From an uncultured delta proteobacterium (lineage in GTDB: Bacteria; Desulfobacterota; Binatia; UBA9968), in the NCBI GenBank assembly GCA_963728565.1, contig CAVSLC010000010.1, positions 160,001-224,000 on the forward strand: a stretch of 64,000 nucleotides of DNA, in the 5' to 3' direction. Below the pieces are notes generated by a model, which was given only the letters and a program-made list of their open reading frames with translations, was not told where the DNA came from and did not search any database. Shown in pieces: positions 39,128 to 49,174 of the stretch (positions are counted from its first letter, which is position 1; each line of letters begins with the position of its first letter). The translations under genes and the position numbers were made by a program.

Positions 39128-39363
39128 AGCTTGTGCTTAGCCGATCGATCGCGCATTTGCCACCTGAGCCAGTTATGTCCCAGGCTATTCGGTCACGCTA
39201 GGAATCTTGACCCGATTCGCTGCAGCTTAACCGAGTTCAAGTGCTAAACCCCCTTGCCGCGGTCGTTCCCCGAAGGAGATCGCTCCGCGTTTCGAAGTGG
39301 GTAGTTGCACCGGGAACAGCGTCAAAACTCACGCCTGATGCTGATGGAACTGTCCTAGCCACA

Positions 39364-39398
39364 TTCCAATGATCACATCGGCGATGTGATCATTGGAA
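39364..39398. repeat. Perfect 17-bp inverted repeat with 1-nt spacer
   Basis: TTCCAATGATCACATCG-G-CGATGTGATCATTGGAA, with CTAG on each side. Confidence 0.85.
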
Positions 39399-39524
39399 GC
39401 TAGATCATTCTCAAACGCATCAGCTAAATTCACTCCGATCCTAATTGCCCAGGCATTCACTTGACAATGCATAGGAGTCGGAATGAAAATCACTCCACGT
39501 AAATCACCTTCGATGGGAGATCAT

Positions 39525-40250
39525 ATGAGCGAGCGAATTTGGGATCGACTACTGAGCGAGCAAGACCGCGCGCATTTGGCGGCAAGCCCGCGCAAGCACA
39601 TTGGATTGGGCTCGAAGCCGGCGCTCCTTCTCATCGATCTTTACCGTTGGGTCTTCGGCGACAAGCCGGAACCCTTGCTCGAAGCGATCAAAACATGGCC
39701 CTTGAGCTGCGGGCTAGCTGGCTGGAACTCCCTTCCGCATATTCAGAAATTATTGGCAGTCGCCCGTGAGCTGGGCATTCCGGTAATCCATGTCGTGAAC
39801 ATGGACGGGAACGGAGTGGAGGGCAGGTATCCGAATAAGGGACGAGAAGATTTGAGCCCGGAAGCGCTCGAGCGCCGGCGGAGGAAGTACGAGATTGTCG
39901 ATGAGCTAAAGCCCATTCCCGGTGAAACTGTTTTGCAAAAATCTTCCCCGAGCGCTTTTTGGGGCACACCTCTATTCGGCCATCTCAACTGGCTGAGAGT
40001 CGACACGATTCTGGTTTGCGGCGAAAGCACGAGCGGCTGTGTTCGCGCTAGCGTCGTCGATGGCTGCACCAATCGTTTTCGCATGGTCGTGGCAGAGGAA
40101 TGTGTCTTCGACCGGCACGAAACAGCACACGCGATGAATTTGTTCGATATGGACCGAAAGTATGCCGCGGTACTGCCTGTCGACGACGTCATTAAGTATC
40201 TCCGCGGGTGGCAAGCGGAACTAGGCGGTCACGGTGAACCGGTAGGCTAG
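39525..40250 (+). CDS. Isochorismatase-family cysteine hydrolase (maleamate/N-carbamoylsarcosine amidase-like)
   Basis: PALLLIDL, K..PSAFWGT, GESTSGCVRASVVD, EECVFDR. Confidence 0.88.
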   Translation: MSERIWDRLLSEQDRAHLAASPRKHIGLGSKPALLLIDLYRWVFGDKPEPLLEAIKTWPLSCGLAGWNSLPHIQKLLAVARELGIPVIHVVNMDGNGVEGRYPNKGREDLSPEALERRRRKYEIVDELKPIPGETVLQKSSPSAFWGTPLFGHLNWLRVDTILVCGESTSGCVRASVVDGCTNRFRMVVAEECVFDRHETAHAMNLFDMDRKYAAVLPVDDVIKYLRGWQAELGGHGEPVG

Positions 40251-40259
40251 TCCAACCGA

Positions 40260-41288
40260 TCACTGCACCTTAAACACCTGCCGATATTCGTCGTAGTATT
40301 TCCTGTAGTCCGGGGCCAAGCTGATATCGCTCGCCATCAGATTGATTCCTTCCACAAGCGTCGGCGGCTCGGCCTTGACATCCGACCGCACCGGTACCCG
40401 GGAGGTTTTGACCAATAATTCCTGCCCCTCCTTGGAGAGCAAAAAATCGACGAAAAGGCGGGCGGCACTCGGATGGGGCGCATGAGCGGCAACGCCAACG
40501 ACATAGTGGTACGCGATCACAGGATTTGCCCTTACCCATTCTATCGGCGCGCCGCTCTTCTTCATGACCTCCATCCTGGGAGTATACAATACGGTGCCGA
40601 GCTTGAACTCGCCGGCAGCCACGAGCTGCGCCATCAAGGAGTGGCCCGCGCGAAAAGTAAGATCCTGAGTAGCCAGTCGCCGCATATACTGCAGACCCTT
40701 GTCGCGCCCCATAAATTTCAACATATTGGCAAACCATTCCGTCTCTTCGCGATCCATGACCATTTGTCCCTTCCACTTCGGATCCAAGAGATCGGACCAA
40801 TCCTTCGGGGCTTCGGCGCGTGGAACCAGCTTCGTATTGTATCCTATGGTTGCGGGATTCATGTAGAAACTCGTCCAGTGTCCCTCCCGGTCCTTGAAAT
40901 CGTCCCGATAGAACTTCGAATGAGGCGAGGCATACTTCGCGAACAAGCCTCTCTCCACAAGCACGTTGCCCTCGAAAGACCGGATATTGAAAACATCAGC
41001 CTCGCGTCTTCCCGCCCGCGCCTCCGTGAGAACTTTTTGCAGCAGACTGTCCGATCCGGCACGAAACTGGGTTATCTTCAGGAACGGATACTTGCTTTCA
41101 AATACTTTTCTAATGGTCTCCGATTCACTTGCGGTAATCGACCCATAAAACACCACCGACCCTTCCTTCTTTGCTCCCTCAACGAGCTTGTCATGCCTTT
41201 CCCTTTCAGCCTCCGCAGCCGCAGCATGGCCAATCGACGGCAAAATAAGCAGAACCGAGGCGATCAAGTAAATGTAAAACGCTTTCAT
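40260..41288 (-). CDS. ABC extracellular solute-binding protein (Fe3+/thiamine-like, SBP_bac_6)
   Basis: GAKKEGSVVFY, YNTKLV, DLLDPKWKG, APHPSAARLFVDFLLS.EGQ. Confidence 0.88.
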   Translation of the reverse strand: MKAFYIYLIASVLLILPSIGHAAAAEAERERHDKLVEGAKKEGSVVFYGSITASESETIRKVFESKYPFLKITQFRAGSDSLLQKVLTEARAGRREADVFNIRSFEGNVLVERGLFAKYASPHSKFYRDDFKDREGHWTSFYMNPATIGYNTKLVPRAEAPKDWSDLLDPKWKGQMVMDREETEWFANMLKFMGRDKGLQYMRRLATQDLTFRAGHSLMAQLVAAGEFKLGTVLYTPRMEVMKKSGAPIEWVRANPVIAYHYVVGVAAHAPHPSAARLFVDFLLSKEGQELLVKTSRVPVRSDVKAEPPTLVEGINLMASDISLAPDYRKYYDEYRQVFKVQ

Positions 41289-41635
41289 TTTTTGCACCCC
41301 TCTTGTCGAATGGAGAGAGCCATTACAAAGTAACTTTGCGCGGAGTCTTAGAGATATTTGAGGGTGCACCCGACTGTCAACACAGAAAGCGGTTGGGGAT
41401 CCATTCTGCGCGTCTCTAGTTGGAATACATCAAAATAAGACCTGGCCCTCCATGCTCGCCTCCGCAGGTATTTTCCGATGCTCTCAACCGAAAATTAACT
41501 TGACGTATGTCAATTCTATATTAGTGTGACCGCTAGAAACTGCATTGCTGCTCATCGCCACTGTAGGCCCTGTTCTATGGAAGCAGCACAACAATGAAGC
41601 ACTATGTTGCCGAGGACATGGAAGAGAGGTCAAAT

Positions 41636-42028
41636 ATGCTGAAGAGGAAAATCATGACGGTGGTTCTGCTCTCTCTCATTGCCGGCACGCTGATGGCTTA
41701 GGAAGCTAAGGTCACGTCTCTCATGTCGAAGGTTATGACGGACGTTTCCGGCAAGGAAGGCCTGCTGATAACAGTAGAGTATCCGCCCGCCGGGTCGGAC
41801 CCTATCCATCGTCACAATGCGCATGCATTTGTATACGTGCTGGAAGGCTCCCTCGTGATGCAGGTCGAGGGCGGAAAACAAGTGACGCTCACACCGGGAC
41901 AGACCTTCTAGGAAGACTCCGACGATGTTCATATCGTTGGACGGAACGCGAGCAAAACCAGGCCGGCAAAATTCCTTGTGTTCCTGGTCAAGGACAAGGG
42001 CGCTCCAGTGCTCGTGCCAGTGAAGTGA
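41636..42028 (+). pseudogene. Secreted cupin-2 protein with two in-frame TAG codons
   Basis: Signal peptide, YPPAGSDPIHRHNAHAFVYVLEGS, VTLTPGQTF*E..DVH..GRNAS..PAKFLVF; TAG at 41699 and 41909. Confidence 0.8.
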
Positions 42029-42241
42029 CTGGGGAGCGTCTCCCGCGTGCTCCGGATTATCGTCGACGGAGCACTGGAAGGACACAGGAGAAACGAGCCG
42101 TTACGATTCAACAAATATCGGCAACGTTCCCACACGGATGCGCCTAAAACGTATTGCGAATCCCTTTGCTTCTTAACCAATCTTGACCGTGGCTGTTGCA
42201 AGAGTATAAGACACGCACAAGACCACGCGAGGAGAAGATCT

Positions 42242-43312
42242 ATGACATTAGCAATAACAAATGAAGAAGCTGTAAATCTTTTGTCGATGAAGGACTGCCT
42301 TTCTGCTCTAGAGACCGCCTATAAAGAACTAGCGGCAGGCATCGCTGTAAACCGTCCTCGATCTGACATACACACGAATACACCTACTCCCCAACAAACA
42401 TTTCGGTTCAAAAGCATGGAGGGAGTTGTCCCAGGACTTGGGGTGACAGCTCTTCGCGTTAATTCAGACATTGTCAGCTGGCCCGTGGTGGATGGAAAGC
42501 AACGCCAAATAAAAGTGATGGCGGCGCCTGGAGAAACTCAGTGTGCCTTCATCATGCTCTTCAAGAACGATACCGGCGAACTTCTGGCGATCATTCACGA
42601 CAGCTACGTGCAGCGAATGCGAGTCGGAGCCGCAAATGGATTGGCAGCGAAGTATCTCGCGCGGAAGGATGCCACATCCATAGGCTTGATTGGATCTGGA
42701 TGGCAAGCTGGCGCCCAGCTCATGGCCATATGCGCGGTACGGCCGATTCGGTTAATAAAAGTCTACAGCTCTAATGCGGAACATCGCTCAAACTTTGCAA
42801 AAGAAATGACTGAGACCCTCGGCATCCAGGTGCAGGCCGTTAGGTCAGGTGCCGAAGCTATGGAAGGCTCGGAAATCATGGCTGCCGCCACCAGTTCTAT
42901 GGAACCCGTTCTGTTTGGTGAATGGTTGAAGCCGGGGGTTCATGTAAGTGGAATCAAGCGTTTTGAAATCGATGACGATGTATTTAAGCGCAGTGATCTC
43001 ATTGTGGTTCATGTCAAAGAAGGCAAAGGCCCTAACTATCTTTCCAGCAATGCACCTACAGACGACATTCCATACATGAAGGGTGATCCGTTTGACATCC
43101 AGGAAATGCATCGCATGCCGGAACTAGCAGATGTTATTGCGGGGAAACATCCTGGCCGAGAGAACAACAATCAAATCACATTTTTTATGAATAACATCGG
43201 CATCGGGATTCAATTTACTGCGTCGGCCCACGTGGTTTATCAACGAGCATTGGAGTGTGGAATCGGAAGAGAAATTCCATCAGACATTTTTCTGCAAACT
43301 TGGCATTCCTAA
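42242..43312 (+). CDS. Ornithine cyclodeaminase/mu-crystallin family protein
   Basis: TGELLAII, RMRVGA, IGLIGSGWQA, AATSS..P, WLKPGVHV, GIGIQF. Confidence 0.9.
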   Translation: MTLAITNEEAVNLLSMKDCLSALETAYKELAAGIAVNRPRSDIHTNTPTPQQTFRFKSMEGVVPGLGVTALRVNSDIVSWPVVDGKQRQIKVMAAPGETQCAFIMLFKNDTGELLAIIHDSYVQRMRVGAANGLAAKYLARKDATSIGLIGSGWQAGAQLMAICAVRPIRLIKVYSSNAEHRSNFAKEMTETLGIQVQAVRSGAEAMEGSEIMAAATSSMEPVLFGEWLKPGVHVSGIKRFEIDDDVFKRSDLIVVHVKEGKGPNYLSSNAPTDDIPYMKGDPFDIQEMHRMPELADVIAGKHPGRENNNQITFFMNNIGIGIQFTASAHVVYQRALECGIGREIPSDIFLQTWHS

Positions 43313-43328
43313 TTTAGATAGGAGATAT

Positions 43329-44345
43329 ATGAATCGCAGCGCAGAAAGGAAAATCTTGCAGAGTGTCACCCTGATTCTGATATGCTTTTTCACCAGTATT
43401 GCCCATGCTCAATCGCTCGAGAAGCTTATTATCGCCTATTCGGCAATTAGTCCGTTCCAAGTCATCGTGAAGGTCGCCGAAGACTCAGGGATATTCAACA
43501 AAAACGGCTTGGATGCAAAACTTGTTTTCATCGAAGGTGGTTCTAGAGGAGCCCAGGCCCTTTTGGCCGGCGAGGTGCCTTTCGTTGTTGCAGATGGATC
43601 AAGTGCCGTAACGAGCCGATTAGCTGGCGCAGATACAGTTATTATACTCGGTCTCGTAAATACGTTCCCGTACACATTGATCAGCGCACCACAAATTAAA
43701 GACGTAGCTCAGCTCAGAGGCAAAAAGGTTGCGATCAGTCGGTTTGGTAGTGCCACTGATGTGGCGACACGAGTTGCGCTGCTAAAGGTTGGACTTAATT
43801 CGGACCGTGATGTGACTATATTACAAATCGGCGCCCAAAACGCGCGCTTTGCCGCCCTGAAAGCGGGCAGTGTCGACGCGGCCGTGATCACGCCGCCATT
43901 CACGTTGACTGCGAGAAAGCTCGGCTTTCATAGTTTGTTGAATATGGTTGATTTGAATCTGCCTACCTCGCAGTCGGCCGTTCTAACGACCGATTCCGTT
44001 ATTCGGCGAAAACCGGAACTGACGTCAAAAGTTGTCAAATCCTTCGTCGATGCGATCCACTTCTATAGAACCCAGAAAAAAGACTCTATTAAAATCCTTA
44101 AAAACTTCCTACGTTACACGAGTGACGAGGAAGTGGAAGAAGCGTACAACGAAGCCGGACTTAAACTCGTACCTGTCAAGCCGTATCCCAGCCTAGAGGG
44201 GCTGGAAAGCATCCTGCAGACCGTGGAAGAAAAGAACCCGAAAGCAAAAGGCCGTAATCCGGAAGAGTTTGTGAACGTATCCATTTTGGAAAAACTAGAT
44301 AAGAGCGGCTATATAGACCGACTCTATTCGAAAGACTCTCGGTGA
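43329..44345 (+). CDS. ABC transporter substrate-binding protein (NMT1/SsuA family)
   Basis: Signal peptide AHA/Q; GIFNKNGLD, LRGKKVAISRFGS. Confidence 0.88.
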   Translation: MNRSAERKILQSVTLILICFFTSIAHAQSLEKLIIAYSAISPFQVIVKVAEDSGIFNKNGLDAKLVFIEGGSRGAQALLAGEVPFVVADGSSAVTSRLAGADTVIILGLVNTFPYTLISAPQIKDVAQLRGKKVAISRFGSATDVATRVALLKVGLNSDRDVTILQIGAQNARFAALKAGSVDAAVITPPFTLTARKLGFHSLLNMVDLNLPTSQSAVLTTDSVIRRKPELTSKVVKSFVDAIHFYRTQKKDSIKILKNFLRYTSDEEVEEAYNEAGLKLVPVKPYPSLEGLESILQTVEEKNPKAKGRNPEEFVNVSILEKLDKSGYIDRLYSKDSR

Positions 44346-44612
44346 CCTCTTTCTAAAGTCCTCTCTGTTCTAATCAACAGGCAGCCCAGAACTCCGGGCC
44401 GCGCGCTGGCAGGCAGATTAAGAGGCACAGACGCTCCGGTGAGAATTTTTTCTGATTCCCTTTTTCAATCATTGGGGAATGTGTGATCACCTGATTGACG
44501 CGCCCCTGTTTTCAAGACGTCGGTGTCGGCCTGTCGGTCCGCATCAGTCACCCATCAGGTTCAAGGCTTTGGGAGCTGTCCTCTATGGACAGCGATCTCC
44601 CACCCCTGGCAC

Positions 44613-44870
44613 GTACTTGATTGCATAGTGACCTGCAACCACGTTCACCTTTTGATTAGAGTCACCGGTCCAAAGTTTATCGCCGATAGCACGCAACTGA
44701 TTGCGGGCCGCAGTGGTCAAGAATACAATCAGCGCAAAGGACGCCCCGGTGCATTCTGGGAAGACCGCTATAATGCCACGACCATCGAGGCTAACGAGCA
44801 CCTTCAACGTTGTCTTGTTTACATCGATCTGAACATGGTTCGTGCGGGCGCCGTAAGCCATCCTGCGAAG
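44613..44870 (+). mobile_element. Remnant of a REP-associated tyrosine (RAYT/IS200-like Y1) transposase
   Basis: VTCNHVHLLI (HUH), YNQRKGRPGAFWEDRY, YIDLNMVRAG..HP; N- and C-termini missing. Confidence 0.75.
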
Positions 44871-44927
44871 CGGGAGGGAAAGTGTCAGGCCTTCCCTTTC
44901 CCTCCCCTTCCAGGTTGTTCGAGTCGA

Positions 44928-46076
44928 TCAACGAGGCTGTAGCCATTTGGTCCCGAGCAAGCTCCGGAAAATGCGGGACGCCCCGTTCTGCACAGAAACC
45001 GCATATCCCAACTCGACAATCTCAGATTCTGTAAATTCCGCTTTCAGATCGTCGAAAACGGCATCGCTAACCTGCCCTGTCCCCACTAGCCCTTCGGTGT
45101 AGCGCAAGGCAGCCTGCTCGCGCCGCGAGAAAACGGTCAGATCCTGCGCGCGCAAGGCGGTTCGTTCACGGGAGCCAATTCCTGCTGCAGTCAGTGAGGT
45201 ACTAGCTTCCGGCGCCCACGCTGGGCATTGTACATATTCAGCCAACAGGACACGCTGAAGCTGTTTGATACGGTTCTCCACAATCCCACCCTCCACGACG
45301 GCCTCATAGAGCGCTCCCCATGTGCCAGGTAAGATGGGGTGGGGGGAGAGAAACTTCAACCAGGCGGGTGGGGGCGACCGGCGCTGCATGGCTCGGTCGA
45401 GTAAATCTGGAATCGACAGCATTGGCGGATGTGGAATAGGAGGGCGCGGTGTTTCCGATTTTACTGCATCCGCGTAAGCAAGACGGACGGGCAATGCTTC
45501 GAGCACTACCTTTCCGTCTCTCTTGTAGCCTTCCGCGCCCCAAGACGTGAGCATGTTGGGACCACCAAACTGCCAGGCGCAGAGTGTGACGACCTCGATC
45601 ATTTCCTGTTCTGAAAAGACCCGGAGCAAATCTTCGTAATCGCTTTGGTTCAAGTCAGGCCATTCGTAGCATAGCCTTTTGCCAAACCGCAGAGCCGCTT
45701 GCTCCCGTGGGGTGACTCCTTCAGCATCGGCGTCACCAGCCTCGGTCAACTGCTTCTCTGTCAACCCTTCGTGCCTCGCCGAGGCAGAGCGATGGGTGGC
45801 TCAGTAGTCACAGTTGCGCCATGAAGCGATCTTTACCCGTAGCAGTTCTTTCAGGCGATGCTCGACCAGGCCTTCGTGGAAGATAAACCACATGAACCGC
45901 CGACCGGCTCGCTGCGTATCGCGATTGTGCGCATCGAGCGACAGCGACGTCGGTGGTGGGGTTCCCTCGATGTATGATGTACGGAAGTGGGCCTCGACTT
46001 CCGGATCGTTCCAACTCTCCACGACTTCACCCGGGACCAAGCTGAGTCGTGGCCTCGGAATGTCAACCATATTCAT
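44928..46076 (-). CDS. Two-domain AhpD/carboxymuconolactone-decarboxylase-like selenoprotein (CxxU), 382 aa with UGA read-through
   Basis: LKELLRVKIASWRNCDY-TGA(45801-45803)-ATHRSASARHEGLTEKQL stays in frame with the 44928-45764 ORF; GGAGGGA RBS at the 5' start. Confidence 0.8.
45764..45800 (-). promoter_or_regulatory. Bacterial SECIS-like hairpin immediately 3' of the UGA
   Basis: UGA-GCC-ACCC-A-UCG-CUC-UGCCUC-GGC-GAGGCA-CGA-A-GGGU; G-initiated apical loop 20 nt from the UGA. Confidence 0.65.
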
Positions 46077-46658
46077 TTTGTCCCTCCCTTCTCTTAAAAT
46101 ATGTCAGGCAAAAATCTCTTCAGAGGGCCTACTACGTGAACAAGGAATCAGAGGAGATGGATGTTTTCAAGGCCACAGTAAATAAGACGTCGAATAGGCA
46201 ACAGGCAACAGTAAGAAGAGAACTCGTTCAACGGTTCAGTCGTTCAAACGTTCAACGTCGGATTTATCCGAACACGGCCTTCAGTTTTGCCGGCAAAAGT
46301 GAGGCTCAAGGCATCAAGACACATTCGTTTGGAATGAAAACATGAAATCGCGGGCCGGGTCGGTCGGACCACGTTATGTCTAAGTGATCTCAGCGTTTTC
46401 ATCCCACAATAGTGTATTTCCCGCCTTAAAGCCTCACTTACGGCCGTAAAACTGGCGCTGTAAGGTTCACTCTCCTCTCCAAGCGATACGTGCCGCTGTC
46501 CTCCAACACTCTGCACCCATGGCTTTTGATCCGAGTTCGCTCTTCACCTTATGAATGAAGATAGAGTCGCCAACCGCAATCGCCTCCGACCACCGTTCGT
46601 CTCATCCCCCAATCTCGCGGCTCTGCGCTTCACTTACCCACTGAATGAATCTGGAAGG

Positions 46659-46856
46659 ACGACGCTCGACCGGGTGGATGCTTCAATGCTCGTGCAAGCC
46701 AGCGATCGGACGATTGGGTTGAGCGCACTGCTTATGGCCGAGCAGTACCGCCGGCCGAATTTCCTTCGTTTGGCGAACGCGCTGTCGGCGTTGTATCCTA
46801 AGTAAAGTGAAGAGGAGCGGCTGCTGGACGCAATGCTAGTAGCGGTGCCGAGGTGA
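46659..46856 (+). pseudogene. C-terminal remnant of a DUF1156-type adenine DNA methylase
   Basis: TTLDRVDASML...FLRLANALSALYPK*SEEERLLDAMLVAVPR, recalled as a DUF1156 C-terminus; internal TAA at 46803. Confidence 0.55.
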
Positions 46857-46875
46857 GTAGCGGATAACTGATCTT

Positions 46876-47100
46876 ATGGCCGGACGACAGCTTAGAGGCA
46901 TAGGTGGTGAGGAAGCGGTAAAGGCATTCGTGAAGGTGGGCGGAGTGCGGCGGGCTGGCAAAGGCGATCACGTCAACATCAAGATGCCGAACGGTCAGCT
47001 CGTCACCGTACCCTTGCATCGAGATCTCAAAATCGGCTTGCTGAAGGCTGCTATCCGCAAGGCAGGATTAACCGAGAAAGAGTTTTTGGATTTGCTTTAG
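46876..47100 (+). CDS. hicA: HicA-family mRNA interferase toxin
   Basis: GKGDH catalytic His, VTVPLH.DLKIGLL..IRKAGLT..EF. Confidence 0.9.
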   Translation: MAGRQLRGIGGEEAVKAFVKVGGVRRAGKGDHVNIKMPNGQLVTVPLHRDLKIGLLKAAIRKAGLTEKEFLDLL

Positions 47101-47112
47101 AAGGAGTATTCC

Positions 47113-47334
47113 ATGCAATACACAGTTGTCGTGCACAGTGCAGAGGAGGGCGGATATTGGGTGGATGTACCGTCTCTACCCGGCTGTTTCAGTCAGGGTG
47201 AAACAATCGACGAGGCGATGAACAACGCCAGGGAAGCGATTGAGCTTCACATCCAGGGGTTAAAAGACGATGGACAGGAAGTTCCTAAAGAAGAAGGTTT
47301 AGTGATCGGTCGAGTGGACGTTAAAGCCGCTTAA
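47113..47334 (+). CDS. hicB: HicB-family antitoxin
   Basis: EEGGYWVDVPSLPGCFSQGETIDEAMNNAREAI. Confidence 0.93.
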   Translation: MQYTVVVHSAEEGGYWVDVPSLPGCFSQGETIDEAMNNAREAIELHIQGLKDDGQEVPKEEGLVIGRVDVKAA

Positions 47335-47341
47335 GGGTCCA

Positions 47342-47530
47342 ATGAGCATTTACGCTACACCTTGGTGGCTCAAGTTTCCGCGTTATGGCGACGAGTACAT
47401 CGGGTGCGAATGGATCAGAGTTAGCGCCAAAGGGTTCCCGCCCACATTGGTACACCCACGCCGGGATTCGGTTACAAGGATGGCGACCCATACGCCGACT
47501 TTCCTCCCTCCGGCAGTGGACGTGAACGCC
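47342..47530 (+). pseudogene. Frameshifted fragment of a hypothetical protein
   Basis: MSIYATPWWLKFPRYGDEYIGCEWI then, in a shifted frame, GVPAHIGTPTPGFGYKDGDPYA; truncated. Confidence 0.45.
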
Positions 47531-47824
47531 GCCCCCCGGTCGCAGGCCTGCTGCGGCGAAGGCTCAGCAAGCTCCGGAAACTAAATCGAGGCAGCGCACA
47601 CGGTCGCATGGTAGTCGTGGCGCACGCCGGGGGGCGCCAAGTCGAAGGCGTTTGGTTGCTTCCGGAGGCTGAAGCCGTCAATAATCTCCGAGGTTTCAGC
47701 AGTTGGCAGTCAACTTTCGGACCAGACCCGCGTGTACGGACGAGTTAAGTGAGTCTTGGGCAACTTTCTTCGTCGCCGGCGCGCTACAACTACAGTGACA
47801 TAGCGTCCAGTTTTCTCGGCCTCG

Positions 47825-49174
47825 TTAAGCGATCCCCTTGCCGAGCTCGGTGGTGCACGGGCATTGATCGGGGAAGCGCTCGCAGTCGATATCGACAGCC
47901 GGCGATTTGCGGGCGCGCTTTCGGCGCGTTCTTTTCTGATCTGCGCTCTGAGGGTTTGGGTGATCAGCAACCAGACCGCGACCGTTACCAATAACACCCA
48001 GGTCATCCAGCTGGTATCGAGTGGCATCGGAATCTTTCCATCGGGAGCCGCCCGCTTGAGCCAAATGAGAATAACGAGCGCGCCCAGCGCCTCGGCGATT
48101 CTTGCAGCAATGCCGTCGACGGCGATCTTCACTGACGAGCGTTGGGTGGCTGCGACCGGGATAAACGCCTGTTCCCAGATCGACCGATGCACAGAGGAGC
48201 GCAGTCCGCCCTCAGTCACGCGCAGCACCGAAAGACTAAGCGCGGTTGCCGCCGCAGTCGCGAATGTGGCGCCGCCGATCAGCGCCAGCGGCAGTACCAT
48301 GAGCCCGCCGCGCAAGCCGACCTTGTCCTGAATCGTCGGCGTCGCAAACAGTTGCAGCAGCAACGAGCTGAAATTCAGCAGGATATAGAAATTGGCGAAG
48401 AAATTCGCGTTGCCTTGCGATCCCATATCGGCGCTGGTTGCGGCCGCATAGAATTGGAAATCGATGAGCAACCCGGCCAGCGCTCCGGTCATGGCAATGA
48501 ATAGAAGGGTTCGCGCGTACTTATTCGACAGCGAAACCAGAAAACCGAATTTGTTTTTTGGCTCATCGGGTTGCTTCGGTCACGATGTTGCTGGGAAAGC
48601 GCTTATGAATTTGCCGCACCAGGACAGCCACGCCAACCATCATCATAGCGCCGGAAAATATCATCCATTTGGCATCTAGATAGGGAGCGAATCCCTTGGC
48701 GATGAGTCCACCGAGCATCCCGCCGGCGAGCGTCGCCGCGCCGATCTTGCTGAAGGCTCGCGCTGCTTCGCGTTTTTCCACATTTTCGAAAATGTCCGAG
48801 GCCAGCAGCCACAGACTTGCGAAGATGATTCCGAAGATTGCCGGGATGAACATGAACACAGCTAATAGAAGCGTGCTTTCGCCGGGCTGTAGAAAAGGCG
48901 CGGTCAGCGCCAATACCGTAGCCGCAAATAGCAGTATTCCGATTCTGGCTGAGCGCGCGCCCCAGATCTTCATAGCCTTGACGAAGAGCAGCGCCAGCGG
49001 CAAGGCGGCGCCGGCGATGTTGATGTAGATGAGCGGCAGTTGTAAGAGGCCGCCGCCGCCTTGAAAGAACAGCGCGTCGCGTCCGGTTTTGGCAATGATA
49101 AAAGCCAACGTGGTTAAGCCGAGCGCGAGCGCGAGAGACACAATCGCCAGGTCGGTTTGTTTTCGAGGCGTCAT
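47825..49174 (-). CDS. Npt1/TLC (nucleotide translocase)-like MFS transporter, interrupted by frameshifts near 48575 and probably 47920
   Basis: KTGRDALF, LWLLASDIF..REAARAF, LIDFQFY, ANFFANFY, EGGLRSSVHRSIWEQAFIP..RSSVK..VDG. Confidence 0.75.

Noticed and set aside
39255-39352. Possible riboswitch (GTTCCC...GGGAAC, GCTGATG; fluoride-like)
   Set aside because: Lacks the 5' GGnGATGG element and pseudoknot pairing; downstream gene is not typical
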